Assembly (NCBI GenBank): GCA_051362555.1
Contig: JBPQGU010000016.1
Location: forward strand, 6,324,001 to 6,388,000
DNA length: 64,000 nucleotides
Direction: 5' to 3'
From: Lingula anatina
Lineage: Eukaryota > Animalia > Brachiopoda
A program made the position numbers and the translations under genes. This document shows positions 62,427 through 64,000 of this stretch, in pieces. Positions within the stretch are counted from its first letter, which is position 1, and every line of letters begins with the position of its first letter. The notes beneath the pieces are model-generated. The model did not search any database and was not told the DNA's origin. It worked only from the letters and a program-made list of their open reading frames with translations.

Positions 62427-63140
62427 CATTTCCATAGTTTAACTCTTATTAGTCTGAAGCCTTAGGGACTATTTCCAGACCCTATCACGCTAACTGTGGA
62501 TCGATCTATCTCCAAGGGAATTCTCGCTTAATTGCAATCAAATTGCTTAGTGGCTTAGCTGTCTGTCATGCCTACTAATACTGGCATGCCAGAATCCTAA
62601 GCCACTTAAGCTGAAAGCAATTTAGTGAGAAACCCCTTGGAGTTGGATTGATCTTGTTAGATTGATCTAGGTATGGGAACTCAGTCTAATGCTTGTTACA
62701 TTTTACTTTCATCCTAATCCACTGTTATGCAGAATTAGAATTTGATGTTGGCTATGCAGTTACAGTAAGCATAATACATTAGTGCATCAGAATTGACAGT
62801 ATCCTATTTCCTGCATTTTTATTTTCTGGTTTTTGTCTGTACATTTGACAGCTTTGCTGCCTTGTTTTTGGGTGCTATCTGAGCCTGAACATCCGACAAA
62901 TTGGTAAACACCCACATCATTTCAAGTTCCCTCTTCTTTTTGATGTAAAAAGCATGCTATGTATCTTCCGAGCCTGCCCGTTTAGTCAGATATCATTAAC
63001 ATTACCTTCTCATTTCAGAAGACCACTGAGATACCAAGAACTGCACGACAGCCACCCGCTAGCCACCAAGCCTTTCGTCCACGTTCTGGAACCCTACGCG
63101 CATTCATGCATCTATTTTGATAAAGTTGAATAAATACGTT
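58790..63140 (+). other. Possible small spliced transcript (lncRNA or micropeptide)
   Basis: CpG-rich first exon ending at a GTAAGT donor (58906), exon 62852-62903, last exon from 63019 with AATAAA at 63129. No long ORF and no homology recognised. Confidence 0.35.
59763..61150 (+). mobile_element. HINE/Pearl-like element 5' part with ~154-bp diverged tandem repeats
   Basis: Hairpin TGTACAGACAC-AGAC-GTGTCTGTACA, (CGT/CGC)n microsatellite, AGGTCAAGTT-containing units at ~59932, 60086, 60240 and 60399; 3' end not identified. Confidence 0.7.
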
Positions 63141-63899
63141 TGTAATTCCTTGTTTATTTTCTCTTTGATATGAAATAATGATGATAAAATTATAAGTAAT
63201 AATAAAGGGAAAGGGGTAAAATTGTTAACATGTACAGTGTTTTGTGAACAATTGAGTTGAGTTTTTTAAGAATACATCTACCCAGTTTTCCAACAGCCCA
63301 CATTTATAAATACAATTTGTATGAATTATCGATCTTGCTTTTTGAAAATCTATTCTTCATTTTATTCTATAGCTAATTTTATTATTTCTTGGAATGGATT
63401 AGTTCGTCATCCCTGATATCATTTTCATAATTTAATACGGGTCTAATTTTACGCCCTTCTCATCTGATGAATGCTTCAATTTTAAACAAAAATGAGAAAG
63501 TCGGCACCACTTTTTGAAATGGTAACAGTTGAAATCTGCTTCTCCAACAAAACATGGGATCTGTATATTCCGATATCTTTTAAAGATCTAATTAAAAGAA
63601 TATAAAAAAATTTATTGACCCTTTAATTTTGTGACGTATATTTATTTCCACATATGCACAGACAAAAAGATAACATTTTTATTAAATTTTGGAAAAGCAA
63701 ATTTTGAGACCAAAAATTTAATGTCTATTTCTACATCATACAAGTTTATATCACCCTAAAACTTTGGTGACATTATTAAAAATGTGTTCTTTATACACTT
63801 AATTACAGCAGCATTAAAATGTAATTTTGTGATGATTTAACTTGCATGTGCTCCTCAAATAAAGTGGTCTTACCCCACATCTCACACCTCAAGTGGGAT

Positions 63900-63992
63900 T
63901 AAATTGCCCCACCTGCCACCCCTCATTCAGAATGGACTCGCCCTACCTGTCACCCCTCAAATCGTATGGACTCGCCCTACCTGTCACCCCTT
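63900..63992. repeat. ~34-bp minisatellite at the window edge
   Basis: ATGGACTCGCCCTACCTGTCACCCCT repeated. Confidence 0.7.
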
Positions 63993-64000
63993 AAATGAAA

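Noticed and set aside
62700-63000. Intronic snoRNA candidates
   Set aside because: No convincing C (RTGATGA) plus D (CTGA) pair or double-hairpin H/ACA structure could be established by eye.

Overview
AT-rich, intron-rich animal genomic DNA; the repeat types suggest a mollusc or other lophotrochozoan (inference). Host genes: (1) the 3' part of a class B1 CRF/DH44-receptor-like GPCR (+, 175-6086) with an antisense intronic tRNA-Lys(CTT); (2) a complete K+-dependent Na+/Ca2+ exchanger (SLC24/NCKX, -, 11076-20134) with a tandem-duplicated, apparently mutually exclusive exon in the alpha-1 repeat; (3) a complete aldo-keto reductase (+, 23247-56560) transcribed divergently from NCKX. The 28-kb third AKR intron is a stack of transposons: a Helentron-type non-autonomous element with a 146-bp satellite and a nested P-like element, a decayed spliced Mutator-like transposase with a vertnin-like OTU domain, an ~8-kb Ngaro-type tyrosine-recombinase retrotransposon (SGNH hydrolase, Q/P/G-rich Gag, RT-RNase H, YR) and a fold-back Tc1 relic. 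There is also a decayed Penelope-like element with a hammerhead relic and many MITEs. The two most striking observations are a hairpin loop in the Ngaro leader that is perfectly complementary (17 nt) to a PBS-like site next to the terminal repeat (candidate self-priming structure) and the NCKX mutually exclusive exon pair. Exon boundaries were read by eye and no database searches were run.
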